Positions 37,636 to 45,368 of a stretch of 61,972 nt of DNA are shown here, one piece after another; the stretch's first letter is position 1; each line of letters starts with the position of its first letter. The translations under genes were made by a program, and so were the position numbers. Where the stretch lies: positions 62,001 to 123,972 of the IMG/VR virus record IMGVR_UViG_3300033571_024374, one strand, 5' to 3'. The notes under the pieces are model-generated. The model saw only the letters and a list, made by a program, of their open reading frames with translations. It was not told the DNA's origin and made no database searches. The stretch is from an uncultured virus (IMG/VR IMGVR_UViG_3300033571_024374). Taxonomy: Duplodnaviria > Heunggongvirae > Uroviricota > Caudoviricetes.

Positions 37636-39252
37636 TTATCCTGTTACTTGTACTACTCTTGCTGAAACTACCCAATTAATGTTCTTTCCTGCTTCTCCAG
37701 TAGCTTGAAATAAAGGACCGCCTGATGTTGCATCAGCAGTCACATTTATATCCCATGCGTTATTATCTTCACCGATGATTTTTTTATCTACAGTTCCCAC
37801 TAAAGCGACACTCGAAGCTAAAGAACTTCTATCCATAGTAAAATATAATTTATATCCAGCTGATTCTCCATCAGAATCAGTTCTTCTCGCCACAACTAAA
37901 CATTCCACAGTCCAAGTTGAATCAGACGGAATAGCGGCTAAAAGTGAACTACCATCCAAATATAGGCTTACGGCTGAACCATTAGTAGTTGTACCCCTAT
38001 AAATTAGATTCATAGTTTGAGCATCGCCAGAAGTAGAAAAAGACCCAGAGGCGAATGCTATTTCTCCATGATTCGTTGCCTTAGCTTCATAACCCATGGC
38101 GGTACTATAATTACCCTGGGCACCATTATTTCTTCCACCAACTATCGTAGAATAATTACCACTCGCTACTTGAACAGAATTAGATCTAGATGACTGTAAA
38201 TCAACAGCATTGGATCCTCTCTTATCACCACCTGTTGAAGTACCATCAGGTAAATTCACAAGAAATGCACCAGTATTTTTGGGCTGTATAACTGCATCGA
38301 TACTTGGACTAGCACCAGTTGCTATAAGTCGAGATGCATGTATTGGTGTATTCGGTGATGTTGTGTTCAAACTTGGTGTAAACCCATCTAGACTACCCTG
38401 GTTACCCTGGTTACCTTGAGTTCCTTGCGTCCCTTGTGTTCCTTGATTACCCTGATTACCTTGAACTCCTGGATCACTTTGAGGTCCTTGTGTACCTGTA
38501 CCCTGTGTCCCTTGAGGACCCTGACGACCTTGATTTCCCTGGTTACCTTGATTACCCTGGTTACCTTGATTACCTTGTGCGCCTTGAGCTCCTTGAGCCC
38601 CTTGCGTACCTTGATTCCCTTGAGCACCTGTAATACTTTGAGGACCTTGGGTACCAACATTACCTTGATTTCCCTGGTTACCTTGACGACCTTGATTTCC
38701 CTGGTTACCTTGATTTCCCTGGTTACCTTGACGACCTTGAGCACCCTGTGCTCCTTGTCTTCCTAATAAGCCTTGAGGACCTAATCCACCTTGAGTACCT
38801 TGGCGACCTTGACGACCTTGATTACCCTGATTACCTTGACGACCTTGAGCACCAATTTGACCTTGAATACCTTGAAATCCTTGTGTACCTCTATTACCTT
38901 GAAATCCTTGTGTTCCACTTCCACCCTGTCTACCTTGCACACCTTGAATTCCACGTATACCTGGAGATCCTTGAATACCCTGGATACCCTGGATACCCCG
39001 TAGTCCTTGAGTACCTTGCGTTCCTTGATTACCTTGGATACCTCGAACGCCTTGGTTACCTTGAGATCCAGTTATACCTTGGAAACCTTGAGAACCAGAT
39101 ATACCTTGAATTCCACGTATACCTTGAGATCCTTGAATTCCTTGAGTACCTTGTTGACCTGGTGTTCCTTGAACTCCAATACCAATAGTTCCTTGGGTGC
39201 CTTGAACACCTTGGGTTCCTTGAACTCCTTGCGTACCTTGTGCTCCGTCCAT
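37636..39252 (-). CDS. Collagen-like fibre protein with a C-terminal globular domain
   Basis: About 285 residues of Gly-X-Gln triplets, then ASGNYSTIVGGRNNGAQGNYSTAMG adhesin-head-like repeats. Confidence 0.85.
   Translation of the reverse strand: MDGAQGTQGVQGTQGVQGTQGTIGIGVQGTPGQQGTQGIQGSQGIRGIQGISGSQGFQGITGSQGNQGVRGIQGNQGTQGTQGLRGIQGIQGIQGSPGIRGIQGVQGRQGGSGTQGFQGNRGTQGFQGIQGQIGAQGRQGNQGNQGRQGRQGTQGGLGPQGLLGRQGAQGAQGRQGNQGNQGNQGNQGRQGNQGNQGNVGTQGPQSITGAQGNQGTQGAQGAQGAQGNQGNQGNQGNQGNQGRQGPQGTQGTGTQGPQSDPGVQGNQGNQGTQGTQGTQGNQGNQGSLDGFTPSLNTTSPNTPIHASRLIATGASPSIDAVIQPKNTGAFLVNLPDGTSTGGDKRGSNAVDLQSSRSNSVQVASGNYSTIVGGRNNGAQGNYSTAMGYEAKATNHGEIAFASGSFSTSGDAQTMNLIYRGTTTNGSAVSLYLDGSSLLAAIPSDSTWTVECLVVARRTDSDGESAGYKLYFTMDRSSLASSVALVGTVDKKIIGEDNNAWDINVTADATSGGPLFQATGEAGKNINWVVSARVVQVTG
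38395..39246 (-). repeat. 9-nt periodic coding repeat (Gly-X-Gln collagen triplets)
   Basis: Recurring TTACCTTGA / TTACCCTGG / GACCTTGAC units on +. Confidence 0.95.
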
Positions 39253-39279
39253 AGTGTGTTTCTTATTATTATTCTACAC

Positions 39280-39287
39280 TATATATC
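39280..39287 (-). promoter_or_regulatory. Putative late promoter GATATATA (divergent pair, left)
   Basis: 28 nt upstream of start 39252. Confidence 0.7.
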
Positions 39288-39325
39288 AAAAATTATTTTA
39301 TCTTAATTACCTTTTCTAAAATATA

Positions 39326-39333
39326 GATATATA
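39326..39333 (+). promoter_or_regulatory. Putative late promoter GATATATA (divergent pair, right)
   Basis: About 40 nt upstream of start 39373. Confidence 0.7.
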
Positions 39334-39372
39334 ATGTATAATTATTATTTTCAATTTTAAGGAATACATTTT

Positions 39373-40395
39373 ATGACGGAAGAAGAAGCAAAACAAATGC
39401 TATCTCAAAGAGATGCTGAATTTAATTCTGTAAAGGAAGTGGGAGAAGATATTAGATTAGGTTCACCTACAATCCCACCACCTAAACCTAAGCCAAAAGC
39501 AGTTCAAACAGAAGAACCTGAACCAGTAATGGAACAATCTATATCTGAACCTGCTATCCGTACAGTTCATTCTAATTTTGATATTGGTTGGTATGAAGTA
39601 CCCTTAGATTCTTTACCAACAAAGGGTTTATTTTATCCTAATGAATCCCGTCTTTTAATTAAGCCAGCAACGGTTTCAATCATTAGACATTTTTCTACAG
39701 TTGATGATACAAATCCTTTAGAATTAAACGATGCATTCGATTATATCCTTGAGAATCTTGTAAGATTTAATGTTCCAGGTATGCCATCATCTTACAAGAA
39801 TTTAAAAGATATTGACAAGTTATCAGTTATTTTACACGTAAGAGATGCTACGTTTAAAAATGGAGAATCAAAAATAGTTAGTGATATCACTTGTTCATGT
39901 GGACATACTGATGCTAAAACTTTAAAATGGTCAGATTTTGAATTTTTCAATTTCAATCCTGAATTAATGCAGTTTTATAATTCAGAGAATAAAATATTTC
40001 AAGTTAATTTCAATGATCCTATGCAATCAGATGTTGGATTAACCTTGCCTTCAATAGGCATGAGAAATTTTGTTCAGAGATATGTTACTAATAAAATTAA
40101 ACAAAAGAGAACATACGACAAGTCTTTTGCAAATATAGCTCCATTTATTATGGATGATTGGTCATCTATAAATGAATCGTTGTATGATCAACAACTCGAA
40201 CAATCTTCAGAATGGACGACATATCAATTTGCAGCATTTGTTAGAATAGTTGATTTAGTTAAAAAATCTACAACCTCAAGAATAAAGCACAAGTGTACAA
40301 GTTGCGGTGCAGAGGTCACCGCCCCAAGTAGCTTTCGAGGAGGAATTAAATCTCTCTTTATTCCAGACTTACAAAGTATCACTAGACAGGCTTGA
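39373..40395 (+). CDS. Baseplate hub assembly protein (T4 gp26-like)
   Basis: LPTKGLFYP, IKPATV, LKDIDKLSVILHVRDAT, CSCG, LTLPSI, CTSCG, GIKSLF. Confidence 0.7.
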   Translation: MTEEEAKQMLSQRDAEFNSVKEVGEDIRLGSPTIPPPKPKPKAVQTEEPEPVMEQSISEPAIRTVHSNFDIGWYEVPLDSLPTKGLFYPNESRLLIKPATVSIIRHFSTVDDTNPLELNDAFDYILENLVRFNVPGMPSSYKNLKDIDKLSVILHVRDATFKNGESKIVSDITCSCGHTDAKTLKWSDFEFFNFNPELMQFYNSENKIFQVNFNDPMQSDVGLTLPSIGMRNFVQRYVTNKIKQKRTYDKSFANIAPFIMDDWSSINESLYDQQLEQSSEWTTYQFAAFVRIVDLVKKSTTSRIKHKCTSCGAEVTAPSSFRGGIKSLFIPDLQSITRQA

Positions 40396-40609
40396 AGATA
40401 ATCTATTTACCTTGTCTAGATTAGGTATGAGCTTGTTTGAATTAGAAGAAGTTCCATATTGGAGATATGAGACTATAATAGAAAAAACAAATCAATGGTT
40501 TGAATCATTGAAACAAGCAAAGCAAAATAGAACAAATGGTAAAGATCAAGTCACTACTATTTTTGATATAAATGTAAATAAAAATCCGAATCTATGGACA
40601 ACGAATTAA
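40352..40609 (+). CDS. gp51-like baseplate hub assembly catalyst; start uncertain (GTG 40307, ATG 40427 or frameshift entry)
   Basis: SLDRLEDNLFTL..MSLFELEEVPYWRYETII resembles the gp51-like SLxELExMxxWE motif; follows the gp26-like gene. Confidence 0.55.
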   Translation, partial: LSLFQTYKVSLDRLEDNLFTLSRLGMSLFELEEVPYWRYETIIEKTNQWFESLKQAKQNRTNGKDQVTTIFDINVNKNPNLWTTN

Positions 40610-42807
40610 TAGAAAAACTCATCAGTTCAGATGAATTGATAGTTAAAACAATAGAAGAAAATTCTCAATCATTAAATGTATTGATTGATGGATTTTCTTC
40701 TATTATGTCCATGACTACTATTGATGGTGATAAATTAGAAAAGCAAATAGAAGAACAAAGTGAAAAAGAAGCTGAAACTATTAAAGGGACTTTAACAGAA
40801 AGTATAAATCAATCATCTAGTTTATCCCTCGAACAAGTTGCAGAAGCTGAGGCATCAGTTTCAGAAGGATCTATATTATCCGATGAAACAATAAATAGTC
40901 TTATAGATGTCATATCAAATGTACAAACCGTTTTAGAAAATCTTAATACTGAAAGTTTATCTACTGTATCAACTGAAACAACACCAACTACAGAAGTTAA
41001 TACAGGAAATTTAACTCAAGTTATAGATGATTTTAAAACGCTTTCAAATTTAAATTGGTGTACAGATTGGTTGAAATGCTTAGAAAAGATAATAGAACAG
41101 GCAGATGTAGTTAAAGAAGCACTAGGTTCTATACCGAGTGATAAAAAGGTTTCTTTAGGTATAAATGAAGATGACTTAAAAAAAGTAGATCAATCGATTC
41201 AAAAAGTAAAAGAAGATATTTCAACGGATATAAATCTTTCAGTTGCTAAAACCGAAATGATCGAACAGGCTACTCAATCCCCAGCATCATCAGAACTTTC
41301 AACTGGATTTTTAAATAATTTTTCAGATTTAACTGAAAAAATAAGTTCATTTACAGAAAAAGTTGAAAACAATACGGTATCTCAAGAATCTTTCGTTAAC
41401 AAAGTAAATCAGTTCTCTGAAACAACAAGTAAAACAATAGAGAATACATTTACTTCATTTAGTGATACTACAAAAACTATTCTTGAAAAACCTAATACCT
41501 TTGAAACACTTCTACAAAGTAAAGTAATAACTGAAACAAAGCCACCAATGGAAATTGGAGTTGGGTTTGAGGAAATGGTAAATATGCCTATGCCTCCTTT
41601 GAATCAACCAGCAGTCCCCATGCCCCAACCTCCACCACCAGCTATTTTAGGTTCAGAGCAAGGTACTGCAATGTCTCAGTTGATTCAAGTGTTACCTATG
41701 CCACCTATGATAACTGAAATAGGTAAGGAATCAGTTTTAGAACAAGGCACACCAACTACAAGTGCAGTAAAGCAAGAAGTGGTCAATATACCGCCACCAC
41801 CACCTCTAATTAGCCCAGAAATGTCATTTGAGGGATTATTAGGTCAAATACCAATGCCTGTCATTTCTGCACCACTAAGTCCTTTAAATATCGAAGATCT
41901 TTTATCTTTTAAAAATCCAACGGTAGAAACGACTAATATTTCAACAGAAATTAATAAAGAAGAAATAATTCCTTTAGATTTAGAAAAATTGTTTAATTTT
42001 GAGCCGAAGGTAATACCTGGTGGTACAATTAAAGAAACAAATACAAATTTTATAGGATTGCAAGAACCAGTAGGTTTTGAACAATTAAGTAATATGGGAA
42101 CAACTTTAATTCCGCAACAGATAGAAAATATGGGATTTCAGATTGAAGCAAATCCAGAATTATCTGGAATGCAGATTAGTCCATTTACTGGAACACCTGA
42201 AATTGGAACAACAGCAAATGAAACTTCAGTTCAGAACATTCAAAATCTGCCAATATCGAGTTTCAATCCTTTTGAAAATATGTTTCCTATGAAAAACCCT
42301 ACTACTGCAGTAGGCTCAGTCATGCCAGAATCTACATTAGAAAAACCAACTAATTTATCTTCTAGTATTGAAGAAATATTTATAAAAAATCAAGAATCAC
42401 CACAAATTAATTTAGGAAATGCTATTTCAAAAATTCAAAATGAAATGCCACAAGCACCTTCTGAAATAGCGGCTTCTACAGAAGTAATGATGAATGAAGT
42501 AAATCTTCAACCTTTGGAATCTACACTATCATCGTCTATCACATCTTTAGGAGAAAATTTAAAAAGCTCAACACCTGCTCAAGTAACTCCAGTTACAACT
42601 GAAGGTGAATCAAATAATAATGTAATGAATGAAGTTTTAAATATGTTAACTAAACTCGATTCGACACTACAGACACTTTCTTCTTCGCAAGGAAGAAATA
42701 TAGCTATACCATCATTAGGAAATTCTCTCAGTGATGCTCAGGCTAGAATGATAGGAAGACAGATAGCAAATGAATTAAAAGACAGTTTTTCTAGATTGTA
42801 TAATTAA
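40594..42807 (+). CDS. Large acidic low-complexity protein in a tape-measure-like position
   Basis: 737 aa, Glu/Ser/Thr/Pro-rich, directly after the gp26/gp51-like pair. Confidence 0.5.
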   Translation: MDNELIEKLISSDELIVKTIEENSQSLNVLIDGFSSIMSMTTIDGDKLEKQIEEQSEKEAETIKGTLTESINQSSSLSLEQVAEAEASVSEGSILSDETINSLIDVISNVQTVLENLNTESLSTVSTETTPTTEVNTGNLTQVIDDFKTLSNLNWCTDWLKCLEKIIEQADVVKEALGSIPSDKKVSLGINEDDLKKVDQSIQKVKEDISTDINLSVAKTEMIEQATQSPASSELSTGFLNNFSDLTEKISSFTEKVENNTVSQESFVNKVNQFSETTSKTIENTFTSFSDTTKTILEKPNTFETLLQSKVITETKPPMEIGVGFEEMVNMPMPPLNQPAVPMPQPPPPAILGSEQGTAMSQLIQVLPMPPMITEIGKESVLEQGTPTTSAVKQEVVNIPPPPPLISPEMSFEGLLGQIPMPVISAPLSPLNIEDLLSFKNPTVETTNISTEINKEEIIPLDLEKLFNFEPKVIPGGTIKETNTNFIGLQEPVGFEQLSNMGTTLIPQQIENMGFQIEANPELSGMQISPFTGTPEIGTTANETSVQNIQNLPISSFNPFENMFPMKNPTTAVGSVMPESTLEKPTNLSSSIEEIFIKNQESPQINLGNAISKIQNEMPQAPSEIAASTEVMMNEVNLQPLESTLSSSITSLGENLKSSTPAQVTPVTTEGESNNNVMNEVLNMLTKLDSTLQTLSSSQGRNIAIPSLGNSLSDAQARMIGRQIANELKDSFSRLYN

Positions 42808-42821
42808 AAAAGGAATTAATA

Positions 42822-43352
42822 GTGAATAATCAAAGTTCATTCAAAGGTAATTCTAAAAAAGATGACCCTAGAATAAATAATGAGATCATCTCTGAAACAG
42901 TTAGAGTTCTCGATGAAATTGGAAATCCAATTGGAATTATGAGTGTCCAAGAAGCTCTTACGATTGCTGAAGAAGAAAACAAGGATTTGATTGAAATATC
43001 ACCTGAAGCAAAACCGCCAGTCGTAAAAGTAATTGAATACGGCAAATGGAAGTATAATAAGATTAAAGCTACTCAAAAAAATAATAAAGATAAGAAAACT
43101 ACTAAAGAAGTTCGTTTTTCTATAAACATTAGTGATAATGATTTAAAAACTAAAATCAAAATGATAGAAAAGTTTTTAAAACAAGGTGATAATGTTTTAG
43201 TAAAAGTAATAATGAAAGGAAGAGAAAGAGTTAGAGAACAGTATGGTACAGATAAAATGAATAAAATTATATCAAGTTCTAAAGACTTTTATAAAAGTAT
43301 ATCTGAAGTCAAATTAGACAAAAACACTATTCAGTGCACAATGTTTTCTTAA
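42822..43352 (+). CDS. infC: Translation initiation factor IF-3
   Basis: RINNEI..VRVLDE..GIMSVQEAL..DLIEISPEAKPPVVKVIEYGKWKY; KEVRFSINISDNDLKTK..FLKQGDNV..KGRE. Confidence 0.93.
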   Translation: MNNQSSFKGNSKKDDPRINNEIISETVRVLDEIGNPIGIMSVQEALTIAEEENKDLIEISPEAKPPVVKVIEYGKWKYNKIKATQKNNKDKKTTKEVRFSINISDNDLKTKIKMIEKFLKQGDNVLVKVIMKGRERVREQYGTDKMNKIISSSKDFYKSISEVKLDKNTIQCTMFS

Positions 43353-43927
43353 ACCATTGGAAAATCAATTAGATTCAACCAATCCTCTTTATTATCTTTA
43401 AAATTATTCCATGTTAAATCTTCGGGTTTAACATGGATTGTTTTTTGTGCCCCCCTTTTTATTATACCTATACCATGATCGATATCAAATACATACATAG
43501 TTAAATCACTAAATGATCTAAAGTGCACCCAAGCTTTCCATACATCTCCAGTCCAAACCTTTGATTCTCTCGGAACTAATTGCTCCCTCTCCCTAGAAGG
43601 TAAACAATCATGTACCATAATGATACCACCTGTATTTAAATATTTTAGAGAATTTTGTATGTCTTTTATGACTTGATCCTTTTCATGTAATCCATCAACA
43701 AATATAAAATCGAAAAATAGATCATTAGAATTAAAGAAATCATCAGATGTCATTTTATGAGTAGCAGATCTTGCATTATTATCAGGATCAACACTTAATT
43801 TATATAAGCATTTTATTTGATTAAAGTTTTTACCGTCTCCAGTACCAATCTCTAAATATGATTTATACTGATGTTTCTTTATGTAATTATTTATTAATAA
43901 GGTGTGCATATCTCCTAAATCCTTCAT
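43349..43927 (-). CDS. Class I SAM-dependent methyltransferase (Methyltransf_24-like)
   Basis: YLEIGTGDG, FDFIFVDGLH, LNTGGIIMVHD. Confidence 0.85.
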   Translation of the reverse strand: MKDLGDMHTLLINNYIKKHQYKSYLEIGTGDGKNFNQIKCLYKLSVDPDNNARSATHKMTSDDFFNSNDLFFDFIFVDGLHEKDQVIKDIQNSLKYLNTGGIIMVHDCLPSREREQLVPRESKVWTGDVWKAWVHFRSFSDLTMYVFDIDHGIGIIKRGAQKTIHVKPEDLTWNNFKDNKEDWLNLIDFPMV

Positions 43928-44459
43928 ATGGTTTTAATAATAATATAGACAAACTAAATTTATTTAAAACATAATTAAAAGAAAGCTGATCACGTATAGA
44001 ATTATTTTTTACCTCATTCCACCACGCTTCATTAAATTCTCTCATATATGGAGTATTTTTTCGTATCAAAAAACCACTCGCTATCATTCCATTATACTCT
44101 GGATAATTATCACTTCTATACTTTTGTATTTGTTTAAATATTACTTGAGGATCGTCTTTTTTTAGACGAATACATTCATTAGCTTCTTCGTAAATACAAT
44201 TTCTATCGGGATGTTTCCAAGTCACTATGTCATAATTAAAATCAAATTTACTATTCAAACATTCAAAATTTGAATCTATCCATATAGAAAAATCATGTTC
44301 TGGTAAATATTTATGTGGATTTAATTTTATTTCTCTAGCTAATAGTCTAGGGTTTTTATTATTTGAACAGCTAATTCTATAAAATGGATAATCTGAATTT
44401 ATGATTGTTCCAGTTCTATCATAGTTTCCTATATTAGCTGTATAAATAATTACTTTCAT
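43887..44459 (-). CDS. DUF616-like glycosyltransferase-family protein
   Basis: IYTANIGNYD, KLNPHKYLP..SIWIDSN, HPDRNCIYEE, RDQLSFNYV. Confidence 0.8.
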   Translation of the reverse strand: MKVIIYTANIGNYDRTGTIINSDYPFYRISCSNNKNPRLLAREIKLNPHKYLPEHDFSIWIDSNFECLNSKFDFNYDIVTWKHPDRNCIYEEANECIRLKKDDPQVIFKQIQKYRSDNYPEYNGMIASGFLIRKNTPYMREFNEAWWNEVKNNSIRDQLSFNYVLNKFSLSILLLKPYEGFRRYAHLINK

Positions 44460-45004
44460 TTTAATAAGTGTTTTGTACTTTTTATACTTCTAGAAAAATC
44501 TCCGCCTCTATACCAGTGATATACATATACACCATTCATTCTATACATTATTTGGTTTTGAGACAATGCTTTAAAATAAAATTCATTATCAATACCAAGC
44601 ATTCCATTTTCTCTAAATCCCCCAATATCTCTCCAAACCTTTTTACTTATTAATATTAATACCCCACTCATAGCATTTACTGGATCTTGAATTTGTGTAA
44701 CTGAATCATAGTAGTTATTAAAAAGTTGCAAACCTACTTCTCTATGATATTTCATATCATTTGTTTTTGGATCCCCATACAACTGCCAAGGACAACCTAC
44801 TCTATTAGTATAACATGTAAAAAATCCTGATTCAGGATATTTTCTTACTATATCTTCTAATTGTTTTCCAAAAAATGATGTTGTAAAACAAGCATCTGCA
44901 TCTAAAAAACAAACAAAATCGCTTTCACCTACTAAGTGCATAGAAGTATTATATGCAGCTCCTACATTTTTTCCAGTATTCCAAGGTATAATGTAATGTA
45001 TCAT
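44456..45004 (-). CDS. Glycosyltransferase family 2-like
   Basis: GAAYN, VCFLDADACF, WRDIGGF, GIDNEF, VYHWYR; ATG 45004 preferred. Confidence 0.75.
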   Translation of the reverse strand: MIHYIIPWNTGKNVGAAYNTSMHLVGESDFVCFLDADACFTTSFFGKQLEDIVRKYPESGFFTCYTNRVGCPWQLYGDPKTNDMKYHREVGLQLFNNYYDSVTQIQDPVNAMSGVLILISKKVWRDIGGFRENGMLGIDNEFYFKALSQNQIMYRMNGVYVYHWYRGGDFSRSIKSTKHLLK

Positions 45005-45020
45005 ATTATTCAAAATAAAA

Positions 45021-45051
45021 AAACCCAATTATTATATAAAATAATTGGGTT
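45021..45051 (-). terminator. Probable terminator after 45070..45312
   Basis: AACCCAATTAT..ATAATTGGGTT preceded by an A-run on +. Confidence 0.7.
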
Positions 45052-45069
45052 ATTGTTTAGATTTTGAAT

Positions 45070-45312
45070 TTATTTATTTCCCATATAATTCTTTTTATAT
45101 CTTTCTATAAATTTCTTATATGATGTAGTAATCAATGGTGATTCCGATTTCATCAATTCTTCTTTAGCCTTAGCATATTCCTTCTCAGCAAATGGATACA
45201 TTGTATCGCCTTCATGTGGCTGTACAAGATACTTTGGTGGATCATAGCTTTCTGTCTCGCCCTTATTAGCTTGTGCTAAATTTTGCATGTCTTTAACTGT
45301 TTTAATATCCAT
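45070..45312 (-). CDS. Small hypothetical protein
   Basis: 80 aa; own late motif and terminator; C-terminal ITTSYKKFIE. Confidence 0.65.
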   Translation of the reverse strand: MDIKTVKDMQNLAQANKGETESYDPPKYLVQPHEGDTMYPFAEKEYAKAKEELMKSESPLITTSYKKFIERYKKNYMGNK

Positions 45313-45355
45313 GAGATTTATTTATTTTTATTATGAAATTTCATAATCTACACTC

Positions 45356-45363
45356 TATATATC
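45356..45363 (-). promoter_or_regulatory. Putative late promoter GATATATA
   Basis: 44 nt upstream of start 45312. Confidence 0.65.
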
Positions 45364-45368
45364 AAAAT

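Noticed and set aside
38395..39246. Repeat array as CRISPR or non-coding repeat
   Set aside because: Triplet-periodic coding sequence with no repeat-spacer structure and no cas genes
3814..39252. Eukaryotic giant virus origin suggested by ankyrin and collagen genes
   Set aside because: T4-like portal, baseplate, sigma factor, peptidoglycan enzymes and bacterial terminators indicate a bacteriophage
37775..39306. Many alternative-frame ORFs over the collagen gene
   Set aside because: Shadows of the 9-nt periodic repeat, which lacks stops in other frames
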